IMG/VR virus record: IMGVR_UViG_3300034008_000051
Location: 1-44,285 of that record
Origin: a virus
Lineage: Duplodnaviria > Caudoviricetes
Strand: one strand, 5' to 3'
DNA: 44,285 bases
Below, piece by piece: positions 25,951-35,438 of the stretch. A program made the translations under genes and the position numbers. Numbering within the stretch: position 1 is the first letter of the stretch; each line of letters opens with the position of its first letter. The notes beneath the pieces are model-generated. The model saw only the letters and a list, made by a program, of their open reading frames with translations. It had not been told where the DNA came from and ran no database searches.

Positions 25951-27252
25951 CTATTTCTCCTCAATTTCATTCATGGTTATAGTTCCGGCTGCCAGCTGCT
26001 TCTTGAACTTCTCAACGCTGAAGCCGTACTTCTTGATTTTCTCTTCCTGATCTTTGGTAAGCTCGACTGTTGCCTCTCCCTCACCGCCTTGCTCGCCCAA
26101 CTTGATAGTCTTCGGGCCAGCATTCAAGATCGCAGATAACATAGTGGGGACTGTCAGGGCCTGGCCCTTGGCCAGCGTGATGCCCGGTACTGTGGCTGAC
26201 AGGGTGACCTTTGCCTGAGCTGCCGCCTTCGAGAGGCCTAAGAACAGTTCTTTCTGAGCAGGGACAATCTTGCCCTTGCTCAGCAGCGACTGGTATTCCT
26301 TCTCGGCTTCCCACTCGGCGCGCTCGCCGCGGAGGCGGGCTAGTTCTTTCTTCTCGTCCTCAGTAGTGGTCTCTACAGGGTCATCTCCGGTGGGCGTCGG
26401 GTCGGCGTCATCCGGGGTTTCCTTCGGATCAGCTGCCGGCGTTGAGCTCGGTTCAACTTCTGGAGGATCGGTGACTGCGGCGGTAGCGCCTGCAACCTGG
26501 CTTTTGACGGCCTCTTCTGCTTCAGCAGGTACCTCCAGCTCAGCGCCTGGCTGGGCGGTCTGCTTGACCTCGTTGCCTTCGGCGTCTTTGTAACTGACTT
26601 CGACTGCGAAGTCTTTATCATTGGTAACTTTAGCGAACTTCATACGCTTCAACTCCTCTACATTATTTTTTGACATCAGAATCAGGCCGGACTTGTTACT
26701 GACACCCAGGTTCTCAGCCAGCGCGTCGTAGCGACGCGACAGCTCGGCCTTGTCGGTCTTCTGAAAGTCATCCATGTCATTCAGATATGGGTCAGTCACA
26801 AGGGCGATGTGACCAATACAGAAGCCGTGTTTCATGCCGCTCTTCTGATCCTGGTAGTTCCAGTCGAAGCCCATGCTGACATCACCGATAAGACCCTTCT
26901 CAAGGTCCTCGAGAGTTCGTTCGTCGATGATGTCTAGATAAGCCCAGAGGCCGCCGACACCCTTCTCGAATTTGACTACCCAGCCAGCGTTGGCGTTGAC
27001 ATCGCCGGTGTGGTTGCGGGGGACAGAGATACGCTTGCCGTAGGTCTTGGCATTGAAGTTGGCGATGGCTTCATCAGCATGCTGCTCTGTGAGTTCCATG
27101 AAGATCTCATCTGACCACCAGTCAGGGTTGACCCAGGTGCCATACGACATGACTTGTTTGCGGAAGACGGTGCCCAATATTTGATCTGTCTTACCGAGCT
27201 GAACCGGGCTTATAAGATTTCGAAGCGTTGTTGCAGTTTGCCGGTCAGTCAT
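25951..27252 (-). CDS. Prohead protease/scaffold (Mu gpI-like)
   Basis: H...AGWV...GLWA...VSMGF...HIALVTDPYL, acidic linker, GKIVPAQKE scaffold tail. Confidence 0.82.
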   Translation of the reverse strand: MTDRQTATTLRNLISPVQLGKTDQILGTVFRKQVMSYGTWVNPDWWSDEIFMELTEQHADEAIANFNAKTYGKRISVPRNHTGDVNANAGWVVKFEKGVGGLWAYLDIIDERTLEDLEKGLIGDVSMGFDWNYQDQKSGMKHGFCIGHIALVTDPYLNDMDDFQKTDKAELSRRYDALAENLGVSNKSGLILMSKNNVEELKRMKFAKVTNDKDFAVEVSYKDAEGNEVKQTAQPGAELEVPAEAEEAVKSQVAGATAAVTDPPEVEPSSTPAADPKETPDDADPTPTGDDPVETTTEDEKKELARLRGERAEWEAEKEYQSLLSKGKIVPAQKELFLGLSKAAAQAKVTLSATVPGITLAKGQALTVPTMLSAILNAGPKTIKLGEQGGEGEATVELTKDQEEKIKKYGFSVEKFKKQLAAGTITMNEIEEK

Positions 27253-27303
27253 ATGCTTTCATTCTTACATAGCTTCCAGCAATTTGGAAGCGGCTAGCCG
27301 ATA

Positions 27304-28059
27304 TTACAAATGTTTCATTTCGGAGTACGCCCTTGACCCCAAGACGCTCAGCAATATCAGGCAACCTGCAATGACTACCCAGCCAGCAGTCTCGTTCCAC
27401 GAGTCGAACGGTGACCAAAGGAACTGTATCGCGACGAGACCAAGCACGATGATTACCGCCATTGGCTCTAGTAATCGTGCGATCGCCGCTCGCCTATACA
27501 GATTCATGGTCCGCATTGGACGCGACTGTTCTGCGAATCGGGAATAAACGGATATTTCACCGTGCGGCCCATCAGAAATGAGTTGCAGCTCGATCCACTC
27601 ACCGGGATTAAGGAGGCGCGGGATGATACTTAGCTCAATGGGGGGCGTCTTGCCCTCAATCCAGCCCGACACTGTCTTACGTTCGATAGTCGCTATGTCC
27701 GAACGAGCAGTACCCAATGAAGCGGCGGACAGTTCGGCGCTTGTATAGAAATTCTGTTCGTAGAAAACCGAAATCGGTTCTCCGCCCTTGAAGTCATCCT
27801 CAGTGACAGCAGACTTGCCAGTATTGTGGATACGGATAACAACAATCCTTGGGTCTTCGAGAGGATTGCCACCATATGTCACCTTGAGTTGGTCGAGGTA
27901 CTTAACCCGTGCGTTTATGAGTTGGAGATCGCTCACGATCTCGTAGTCGAGGCGTTTGGGACGCCGCAGAAACATCGCCCAGACACTGACGATGAGACCG
28001 AGGACACCGATCAGCGTTCCGACGGAGAACTCCCAATGCTCAACGATCCACGCCCACAT
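27304..28059 (-). CDS. Membrane moron protein
   Basis: One N-terminal and two C-terminal TMs; inserted between portal and protease; visibly lower GC than the portal gene. Confidence 0.75.
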   Translation of the reverse strand: MWAWIVEHWEFSVGTLIGVLGLIVSVWAMFLRRPKRLDYEIVSDLQLINARVKYLDQLKVTYGGNPLEDPRIVVIRIHNTGKSAVTEDDFKGGEPISVFYEQNFYTSAELSAASLGTARSDIATIERKTVSGWIEGKTPPIELSIIPRLLNPGEWIELQLISDGPHGEISVYSRFAEQSRPMRTMNLYRRAAIARLLEPMAVIIVLGLVAIQFLWSPFDSWNETAGWVVIAGCLILLSVLGSRAYSEMKHL

Positions 28060-28070
28060 GCCGCGTCACA

Positions 28071-30278
28071 CTAGCGGAGACGCGGTGGTGTCCTGGAGAG
28101 TGACGGCTCTGTAGCGCCGCCGGGGGAGTCAGGCAGCCCGCTGTAGTCCGGCTTCTCCTCCTCGTCGTCCATGATGGCGACCCAGATGCAGCGGCAGTTG
28201 AAGTGGATTGGCGGCATCCAGACGGTTGCCATGTACTCGGTGTTGGTCACGACGCTGCTATCGAGGTCCTCGCAGATGGCGCACACCTTGTCGTCGAGGA
28301 TGGCTGAGTACTGGTAGCCGTAGATGTCGCCGTCGTTGTCCTTGAAGACGTCGTCCCGGCCGATGTTGAGGGCTGCGGTGATGAGACTGCTGGCGGTCAG
28401 GTCTTCCTTGTCACCGAAGTAGGCGCTGAACATCTGCGTCACCAGGGCCAGGACGTTGCTCACCGACAGCTCGGTCTTGGCCAGCTGGTTCTTGCGGACG
28501 GCATCGGTCACGATCGTCTTCAGCTGGAACAGCATGTCGCTGTACTGCTTCTCGACGACGGCGGCGACGTGCTGCTTAATCATGTCCTTGCTGGTCTGCT
28601 TGTTCGCAGGGGCGGCTACCCCGATCTCGTCAGCTGCGGCCAGCTTGGCGTTGCCGTAGGCGTCCAGCATGGAGTCGGTCATGACCTGGCGGGCCTCGCT
28701 GTCGAACTTCAGCGTGAAGCCGTCGAGCGCCTTGACGCCCTTGTCGTCGAGTAGCGGCTCAAGCCGTTTGGTGGCGTCCTTGCTCAGCTTGTCGAACACG
28801 GGGCGGAGCTCGGTCAACAGCTTCGCCTCAGCCGTGTCAGCGTCCTTCTGGATCTTGGCAAACTGGACCTTGGCTTCGGGGGCTGTCAGCTCGCGCCACC
28901 ACGTGCCTTTAGCCAGTCGTTGGGGGGCGCGGCGCCGAGACTGCTGGGCGGCTGTGTCACCGCCCTTGACTTTTGGGTCGGCGTCTTCCTCCTCGTCGGG
29001 GTCATCCTCGCCAGCATCGTCCGGTTCCTCAATCTCCATCTGCTCAGCCACGCGCTTGGCGATGCCATCGGATACCCAACTCGGAACCGTGCCCTTGCTG
29101 ACCAGCCCCTTGAAGGCCTCGCGCAGCAGGGTCTCGACCGGATCGCTGAGTGCTTCGAACTTGAAGGTGCCGTAGAGCGGCTGGGCGAAGTTGTAGTCAT
29201 ACAGTTTGGCCACCAGGTAGGTGGTGATGTGCTCTTCAATGCTGGACATCAGGGCCATCTCACCGAGCATGAACAGGTCGAGGTGACTCTCTGCCAGCGC
29301 GTAGGAGCCACCTGTGCTGGCGGTTTGGTTGCCGAGCAGCATGCCCTGCGCCAGTACGGCACGGGCCATCTGGACATCCTGGTGGTCGATGGCGGGGGAG
29401 AGGTCGACGGCCCGGCCGGCTGTTTGGAACTCCAGCTCCCATCCGAAGGGCAGGGCTACGGTGGAGCGCACACCAAGGGCGTCGGCGATGGACAGGTTGG
29501 CGTCCCGCTGTTCCTTGGTGATGGAGTCGTCCGGCTCTTTCAGCACCTTCATGGGAACGGCCGAGACTTGGCCCTGCTGGTTCTGCAGGTAGTACAGCCG
29601 GTGCTTCTTGTCGTAGTGGTAGTAGCCGGCACGGAAGGCGCTGCGGCCCTTCAGCTTGTTGCGGGCCTTGTTGTAGGTGTACAGGAAGCAGTAGGGCACC
29701 TCGATGCGGATCTTCTCGTAGCTGTTGCCCCGCTTGACGCGCTGCTCCACACCTGCGAAGCCGCCGGTCTCGTCGGTCTTGATCTCGTACTCATGCCAGT
29801 CGCGGGCGACGACCTTCTGGAAAGCCACCCTGCCCTGCTCATCGAGCTTGTAGACGATCTCAAAGAAGCGGTGCCCTTGGGCGACACCAAGCAGGATGTC
29901 CTCGAGGACCAGTGAGAACGGCGTCGACATGCCGCCCTTGTGCTCAGGGTTGCGCAGGCAGGCCTCTACGAAATCCGCCTGTGGATGAGTCTCGGTACCG
30001 TCAGCATTCTTGACCATGTCCTCGGGGTCTGGCTCGATATGCCAGTTGGTCGCCTGTACGGGGAACTTCATGACGTTGAATAGCGCCTCGGCCGTACCGT
30101 CGTTGTCGATCATGTTCATGATCTGCGGGATGCTCGGCTGCTTGTTGATTCCGAGAAAATCGCCAAAGGCTAGGATGCCGGGCGTCATAGAGCCAGTCCC
30201 GCCCTGCTCGACACCCTTAGTAACGGGGGCTTTACTCCTCGACTTAGCCAGCGTCACATTGTATTTGCCGAGTCTCAC
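28071..30278 (-). CDS. Portal protein (Mu gp29/DUF935-like) fused to a MuF/SPP1 gp7-like domain
   Basis: Portal part (MARAVLAQ...GGSYALAESH), acidic linker, then YSAILDDKVCAIC...PPIHFNCRC. Confidence 0.85.
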   Translation of the reverse strand: MRLGKYNVTLAKSRSKAPVTKGVEQGGTGSMTPGILAFGDFLGINKQPSIPQIMNMIDNDGTAEALFNVMKFPVQATNWHIEPDPEDMVKNADGTETHPQADFVEACLRNPEHKGGMSTPFSLVLEDILLGVAQGHRFFEIVYKLDEQGRVAFQKVVARDWHEYEIKTDETGGFAGVEQRVKRGNSYEKIRIEVPYCFLYTYNKARNKLKGRSAFRAGYYHYDKKHRLYYLQNQQGQVSAVPMKVLKEPDDSITKEQRDANLSIADALGVRSTVALPFGWELEFQTAGRAVDLSPAIDHQDVQMARAVLAQGMLLGNQTASTGGSYALAESHLDLFMLGEMALMSSIEEHITTYLVAKLYDYNFAQPLYGTFKFEALSDPVETLLREAFKGLVSKGTVPSWVSDGIAKRVAEQMEIEEPDDAGEDDPDEEEDADPKVKGGDTAAQQSRRRAPQRLAKGTWWRELTAPEAKVQFAKIQKDADTAEAKLLTELRPVFDKLSKDATKRLEPLLDDKGVKALDGFTLKFDSEARQVMTDSMLDAYGNAKLAAADEIGVAAPANKQTSKDMIKQHVAAVVEKQYSDMLFQLKTIVTDAVRKNQLAKTELSVSNVLALVTQMFSAYFGDKEDLTASSLITAALNIGRDDVFKDNDGDIYGYQYSAILDDKVCAICEDLDSSVVTNTEYMATVWMPPIHFNCRCIWVAIMDDEEEKPDYSGLPDSPGGATEPSLSRTPPRLR

Positions 30279-30293
30279 CAGTTGCGATCCAGA

Positions 30294-31796
30294 TTAAAAG
30301 CCATTACTCGCATTATAAATCGACTCGTAACTATTACCAACAGAACCGACTCCATGACCGCTGCTTGCGGTAGATGGCCGGCCTTTGCGGATGTAGCGCA
30401 CCCAGTAGGCCATCATGGCGGCGTCTGCGATGTCCGGGCTGTGGCCGAGCATCAATTTGACGTCGTCCTTCGGGATGACCCGCATGACCTTCGTGGTGTC
30501 ATCACCCTCGTGCAGCTGCAACTCCTTCTTCAAGAAGCTGAGGTGAGGCATCCCACTGTAGAAGAAGACTTGAGCCGCTGTCAGATCCTGACTCCACAGG
30601 TAGTACATCTGGTCGCGCAGCATGCCGTACGGCGGCTTGATGCCCTTCGCCTTCTCCACGGCAGTCGGGATCGGCGCGTCACCAGAGCGGAACTGGAGCA
30701 CCTTCATGCCGTGCGCCAGCATGTCAGTCAGCCAGCCTTGGCCTACGCCAACAACGTCGCCACCGACGTTCAGATAGCCGACCCCCTCCCGCGCCATCAT
30801 GGCCCGCGTGAGGCGTCCTAGCACCGCGCCATAGTTCATCGGGTCGCACTCTTGGGGTTCGGCCAACGCCCGCAGCTGCTCACTGGTATAGACCTCGGCG
30901 TCGACGACCGTGTCGCCCTCCCACAGCACTATCGCTGCCTTGTCTGGCCCGCCAGCGTTTGGGTCGACCGCGATGTACTTCTCCGCCTGCTTCAGGCGGC
31001 TGATTGTCAGCGTGTCCAGCGTTCGAGCCTTAAACAGCGATTTCTCGTCGTCAAGAAAGAACCAGTTGTTGCGCAGGTACCGCTCACGCCACCACTTGGG
31101 GCGCGCCATGAACCGGTCGTAGTAGCCGGTCGGATGAAGCGGAGAGTCTTCCATCTGGAACTCGATCACGATCTTTTTCTGGTCCAGCGGCTCGATGCTG
31201 TCGTCGTCCAGGTCTGGCGGCAGCTTGCCCTCACGCTTCTTCCACGGTATGTAGATCTTGTTCTTGATCCAGCGGTCGTTGGGATTGCAGCAGTAGATCA
31301 TGATGCGTGGGGCGCCGTTCTCGTTCTTGCGGCCGGTGCGCGAGTACAGCATGTCGCAGCCGTCCTCTTCGACGTCGTCTGCCTCATCTACGCCGGCAGC
31401 TGTGGCCATGATCTTGAGCTTCGACCACTCACGGTCTCGGCTCTTGTTCATGCCGATGAACTTGATGATCGACCTGCCGATACGGATCTGAAGGTCGTTG
31501 GTTGCCTGGCGCAGACGGTAGTCAGTGCCCTCGACCATGCCCATCTTTTCGAGCACCTCGAGGTATGACAGGAAGGTTCCGATCTGGTGCTCCGCTGCGT
31601 CCTTGCGGCCCACCGGGATGACCGAGCCATCGAACTGCAGGGCGATGTTGATGTGCGCGTAGGCCATCACGAACGTCTTGCTAGTACCGATAGCACCGAT
31701 GAGGTAGATCTCTTCGACTCCGGTGATCGGAGCGTCCCGCACAGCCGCACAGACCTCCGCCTGCTTGAGCGTGATGCCGAACTGATCCGGCGGCAC
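30294..31796 (-). CDS. Terminase large subunit
   Basis: Walker A-like GAIGTSKT, Walker B AAGVDEAD, CCNP, nuclease AVDP...D and HSPDIADAAMM. Confidence 0.88.
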   Translation of the reverse strand: MPPDQFGITLKQAEVCAAVRDAPITGVEEIYLIGAIGTSKTFVMAYAHINIALQFDGSVIPVGRKDAAEHQIGTFLSYLEVLEKMGMVEGTDYRLRQATNDLQIRIGRSIIKFIGMNKSRDREWSKLKIMATAAGVDEADDVEEDGCDMLYSRTGRKNENGAPRIMIYCCNPNDRWIKNKIYIPWKKREGKLPPDLDDDSIEPLDQKKIVIEFQMEDSPLHPTGYYDRFMARPKWWRERYLRNNWFFLDDEKSLFKARTLDTLTISRLKQAEKYIAVDPNAGGPDKAAIVLWEGDTVVDAEVYTSEQLRALAEPQECDPMNYGAVLGRLTRAMMAREGVGYLNVGGDVVGVGQGWLTDMLAHGMKVLQFRSGDAPIPTAVEKAKGIKPPYGMLRDQMYYLWSQDLTAAQVFFYSGMPHLSFLKKELQLHEGDDTTKVMRVIPKDDVKLMLGHSPDIADAAMMAYWVRYIRKGRPSTASSGHGVGSVGNSYESIYNASNGF

Positions 31797-32282
31797 CTAG
31801 GACTCCTTGCGCTTGGCCGGCTTCCCTGACTGGGCGCGCATGTCGAAGATCGCCACGGTGCGTTCGAGCGGCTTGTTGTCTGAGGTGACATCGAGCTTGT
31901 CGCCATAGCGCTTAGGGTTCATTCGCGCCATATTCCACTTGAGCGTGTCGATGAGCAGACGCCGATGGCCAAGCATGTCTTCCTTTTTGACGGTGGTCTC
32001 GACATCCTCTCCGACCGTCTTCTCGGTGACGGTCTCACCCTCGAGTGGATTCTCCGCGATGTCGATCATTCTTTCGGCGAAAGCGTCTGCTCGAGCCTGA
32101 CACGCCAGCTCGTACTGGTCGCGAAATACTTTCATGCTGGGTAGTCTCAACCACCTGAACACCGTTGATTTGTCTGGCATTGCGAGATCTTCACAGACGG
32201 TCCGCAGCGACTCACCCTCAGCTAGGCGAGCACAAATCCGATCGCCTAACGCTTTAGAGTATCTACTTGGTCGTCCTGCCAT
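31797..32282 (-). CDS. Terminase small subunit (Sf6-like)
   Basis: GRPSRYS...ICARLAEGESLR...TVFRWL...LIDTLKW...PKRYGDK. Confidence 0.9.
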   Translation of the reverse strand: MAGRPSRYSKALGDRICARLAEGESLRTVCEDLAMPDKSTVFRWLRLPSMKVFRDQYELACQARADAFAERMIDIAENPLEGETVTEKTVGEDVETTVKKEDMLGHRRLLIDTLKWNMARMNPKRYGDKLDVTSDNKPLERTVAIFDMRAQSGKPAKRKES

Positions 32283-32374
32283 AATATATCCTCATAATAA
32301 CATCCTACGGGGGCTAATAGCCTCAAGTCAGCGTCGCAGTATCGCCGAGAGGCTCCCTGCACTAGCATCAACCT

Positions 32375-32950
32375 ATGGCAACACTGCTGACTCCCAAGCA
32401 ACGCACAGAAGCCGAGGTCAGCGCCGCAAGCACGCTGCGGGCCGCACGGCTCGCAGCAGCCGCAGGGTTGCTGGCAGCCCTCCTGGCAGGCGTTAGTTCC
32501 TTGGCAGGCATCGGCTTCGAGACGCAAAGATCAAAAGCTGAGTTTCTGCGTTCACAGAGGCAGGCGGTGTATACGCGCGTGGCCAGTCAAGAACAGGTCG
32601 TGAGAAAGGCAGAGTCGGATTATCTCGTGCAGATAATAACGCTGCTCAAACAAGGCAGCTCCCAGAGCGTGGTCTATCCAACGTACCTTAAGGCCTACAA
32701 CGCTCAGAACCTGTTGTCGGCTCAAAAAGGCAGCCTAGACATAGTAGGCTCTGACGAGGTCCGATTGGCGTTTGACAATCTTGAATCGGAGCATGTGAAG
32801 CAGGTGGGCAATCTAAACGTGTTGGCAAGCACGATCGTCAAAAAGGGACTCCCGTCGGGAGGCAAGAATGAGGTTGGCGACACATTCAAGCGAATCGACG
32901 GCGCCCGAGCTGAATGGGTTGCTGCCGCACGCGCAGACATGGGTACTTAA
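32375..32950 (+). CDS. Membrane-anchored moron protein
   Basis: Opposite strand to its neighbours; N-terminal hydrophobic helix plus helical domain. Confidence 0.65.
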   Translation: MATLLTPKQRTEAEVSAASTLRAARLAAAAGLLAALLAGVSSLAGIGFETQRSKAEFLRSQRQAVYTRVASQEQVVRKAESDYLVQIITLLKQGSSQSVVYPTYLKAYNAQNLLSAQKGSLDIVGSDEVRLAFDNLESEHVKQVGNLNVLASTIVKKGLPSGGKNEVGDTFKRIDGARAEWVAAARADMGT

Positions 32951-32959
32951 ACATGCACC

Positions 32960-33295
32960 TCAGGTATTCTGGCACTGCAGCTGCCACTGCTTCACCATCT
33001 TCACCCCCAGGTCGTGGGCGCTCGGCGTCTCGTCAGGCAGCTCGCGGACCAGGTCGCTTGTCAGGCCGTGCATGCAACGGGGGCAGTACCTGACCAGCAG
33101 GTGGAGCGGCAGGGCCAGTACGGCGTAGCTCGTGAACACGTAGGCCACCTGCAGTGGCTCGTGCAACTGGGTGGCAGGCCGCCGGGTAGACGTGAAGCTC
33201 TTGACTGCCCTACGGGCGATCAGCTTGGCTTGGGCGCGCTCGAGAGAGGCGTTCAATTGCAGGCCACCTTCACCGCGCACGTTGTAGCGCCCCAC
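32960..33295 (-). CDS. Possible hypothetical protein with CxxC
   Basis: CPRC motif; start uncertain and overlaps the LysM gene. Confidence 0.35.
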   Translation of the reverse strand: MGRYNVRGEGGLQLNASLERAQAKLIARRAVKSFTSTRRPATQLHEPLQVAYVFTSYAVLALPLHLLVRYCPRCMHGLTSDLVRELPDETPSAHDLGVKMVKQWQLQCQNT

Positions 33296-33873
33296 GGCTG
33301 CCAGCCTGACTGCTGGTACATGGCATATGCGGCGGCCACGTTGGCTGCAGGGTCGTACAGCTGGCCGCGTGTGCAGTTGATCTGGAATAGACCGAACGAG
33401 CCGGAGCAGGCGCCATGATCGTCAGCCATGTTCGTGGCGTTCGGGTCACAGTGAGACTCGGCCATCATGACTTGGTAGGCGACGTCAGTGTTCCAGTCGT
33501 ACTGGTTGATGAGGCTTCTGGCTAGCTCGCACCCTGTAAGGCCAGCCGATACGGGCTGTGGTGCCGGGGTAGGAGCTGGCGTAGGTGCGGCCGCTGGCTG
33601 TAGCGCTGACGCCGTGACGGGTGCAGGCGCCGCGGCCTGTCCCGCTTCGGGGATGACCAGCTGCGTGCCGGGGTAGATGCGGTTGGCGTCCTTGATGCTC
33701 GGGTTGACCTCGTGCAGCTTCTGCCATGTCGTGCCGTGCGTGCGGGCGATCCTGTCTAGGTAGTCGCCGCCCTTGATGGTGTAGCTGGCGGCTGTGGCCG
33801 TGACCGGGGCAAATATCACGGCTGCTGCCGCTAGTAATGCTAGTGCTGTGTTCTTGGTTCTGATGAGTGTCAT
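33253..33873 (-). CDS. Secreted LysM plus lytic transglycosylase (SLT/Rpf-like) protein
   Basis: Signal peptide, LysM (YTIKGGDYLDRIA...IYPGTQLVIP), Pro/Ala linker, MMAES...SFGLFQIN...GWQPW; start at MTLIRTK after AGGA. Confidence 0.88.
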   Translation of the reverse strand: MTLIRTKNTALALLAAAAVIFAPVTATAASYTIKGGDYLDRIARTHGTTWQKLHEVNPSIKDANRIYPGTQLVIPEAGQAAAPAPVTASALQPAAAPTPAPTPAPQPVSAGLTGCELARSLINQYDWNTDVAYQVMMAESHCDPNATNMADDHGACSGSFGLFQINCTRGQLYDPAANVAAAYAMYQQSGWQPWGATTCAVKVACN

Positions 33874-34057
33874 ATGCGGTTCCTGCTTAGTTGACCTATT
33901 CATTATCTCACGGACGCCACAAATCGGTATGGCCTCTGGTCAGGGGTGGGGGTTGTTTCGGCACTAGTTGTCCACACCACGTACCGCTAGCCAGAGCGTC
34001 GAGCACGCCACTAGCGTCCGAGAGTCCGAGTCACCCCTCTACAGAAAGAAGGACTCG

Positions 34058-34735
34058 ATGCAAGCAAAACTTGTAGCGCTGCTGGTTGCCCTCGTCATGG
34101 GCTTCATTGCGCCACAGTCCGCCCAGGCCGCCCCCGCGCCTCAACTCAGGGCCGTACCGACGGTCACCCAGTCAGCTGCACCGTTGATCAGTGTCCCGAC
34201 CCACAAGCGGAAGTGGACGAAGGCCGAGAAGCGCGAGACGGGCACCGCGATCAAGATCAAGCAGAAGGCCCAGCGTGGCAAAAAGCTCTACTTCAACCGG
34301 ATGTGGAAGGTCACACACAACCGGAACACGATCACCCGCTTCATCTACGGTCACAAGTTGGCCGGGGGCAAGGTCGTCTACCCGAAGGCCAGAACGGCTG
34401 TGATGCAGCGGGCTGACACAGTCACAGACGCCATGGTCGCCAAGGCGCGGTGCAACGGTAAGACGGATGGAAGCTGGCAGCCGTACGGCTACCGCATCAG
34501 GTTGAACAGTTGCCACGCCCAACGGGCTGAGTACGCCGCGATCTACGCGGCAGCCACAGTCGCCTTCCTGGGGGCTGTGGTTCGCGGCAACCCGCGAACC
34601 AAGATCGTCGTCGCTGTGACGGAGTTCTTCTTCACGGTGGGGGCGATCCAGCTGGCCATCTGTAACCGGAACTCAAAAGGTGTCAGAATCTTCTACATCA
34701 CCGTCACCGGCAGCGCGTTCTGCCGCCAGCAGTAG
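34058..34735 (+). CDS. Secreted cationic protein with Cys-flanked hydrophobic C-terminus (bacteriocin-like candidate)
   Basis: Signal peptide ending AQA; Lys/Arg-rich; four Cys; hydrophobic hairpin; GAAGGA ribosome-binding site. Confidence 0.7.
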   Translation: MQAKLVALLVALVMGFIAPQSAQAAPAPQLRAVPTVTQSAAPLISVPTHKRKWTKAEKRETGTAIKIKQKAQRGKKLYFNRMWKVTHNRNTITRFIYGHKLAGGKVVYPKARTAVMQRADTVTDAMVAKARCNGKTDGSWQPYGYRIRLNSCHAQRAEYAAIYAAATVAFLGAVVRGNPRTKIVVAVTEFFFTVGAIQLAICNRNSKGVRIFYITVTGSAFCRQQ

Positions 34736-34745
34736 GGGAGTGGTC

Positions 34746-34961
34746 ATGAGCTCAGCCCGTAGGCGTCTGCTTGGCAACGTCCTGATCTACGGCGTGAGCG
34801 GCGGCGCAGTCCTGGCGCTGCTCGTCCTCATGATTATCGCCTGGCCTCAGCCCTCGTCGCCCACGGGCCAGCTCATCGGGTACTGGATGCTGCCCATCAT
34901 GGCGGTCGGCATCGGTGCGGCCCACGCCGGCTCAAGGGTGAAGGCCACAGCCAGAACATAG
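34746..34961 (+). CDS. Small two-TM membrane protein (immunity candidate)
   Basis: GGGGAG ribosome-binding site; 71 aa; directly after the secreted protein. Confidence 0.7.
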   Translation: MSSARRRLLGNVLIYGVSGGAVLALLVLMIIAWPQPSSPTGQLIGYWMLPIMAVGIGAAHAGSRVKATART

Positions 34962-35048
34962 GTAAATCGGCATGTCATGCGTTCGGCAATGTGTATAAAC
35001 GCGCTACTATGACAGGTAACTACTCATGTTCGGGGAAGGCTACTCACA

Positions 35049-35387
35049 ATGGCATCCAGGGTCGTACTGGTCGACGATCTCGACGGAAGCGAAGGTGCGG
35101 AGACGATTACCTTCACTATCGACGGGACCACAACGGAGATTGACCTCTCTAAGCAGAACGCTGCCAACCTGCGCAAGGCGCTTTCTGAGTACCAAGCGCA
35201 TGGGCGGACTGTCCAGGCGACGCGCTCTGTAGCGGCGCCAAGCCGGCGCTCCAGTACAGGTCAGGGGAGTAGTCCCGCCCATCTGGCTCAAGTCAGGGAG
35301 TGGGCTAACAACCACGGATTCACGGTGTCCACCCGTGGCCGTATTCCGGGGAACGTCATGGCTGCCTACGAAGACGCTCACAAGTAA
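35049..35387 (+). CDS. lsr2: Lsr2 nucleoid-associated protein
   Basis: LVDDLDGSE..ETITFTIDG...EIDLS dimerisation domain; VREWA..HG..VSTRGRIP AT-hook. Confidence 0.95.
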   Translation: MASRVVLVDDLDGSEGAETITFTIDGTTTEIDLSKQNAANLRKALSEYQAHGRTVQATRSVAAPSRRSSTGQGSSPAHLAQVREWANNHGFTVSTRGRIPGNVMAAYEDAHK

Positions 35388-35396
35388 GCTGCAGCC

Positions 35397-35438
35397 AGCA
35401 ATAGCCCTCGGCCCTTACCGGCCGAGGGCTATTGCTTT
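35397..35438. terminator. Probable bidirectional terminator
   Basis: Perfect 17-bp stem AGCAATAGCCCTCGGCC/GGCCGAGGGCTATTGCT between convergent units. Confidence 0.85.

Noticed and set aside
28071-28400. MuF polymorphic toxin
   Set aside because: Only about 35 aa follow the HFNCRC motif, leaving no room for a toxin domain
22984-30278. Mu-like transposable myovirus
   Set aside because: Only the head and neck genes are Mu-like; no transposase, sheath or baseplate wedge genes; a serine integrase is present
28669-31568. Long plus-strand ORFs (28920-29915, 30282-30821, 30852-31568)
   Set aside because: Antisense shadows of the portal and TerL genes; no motifs
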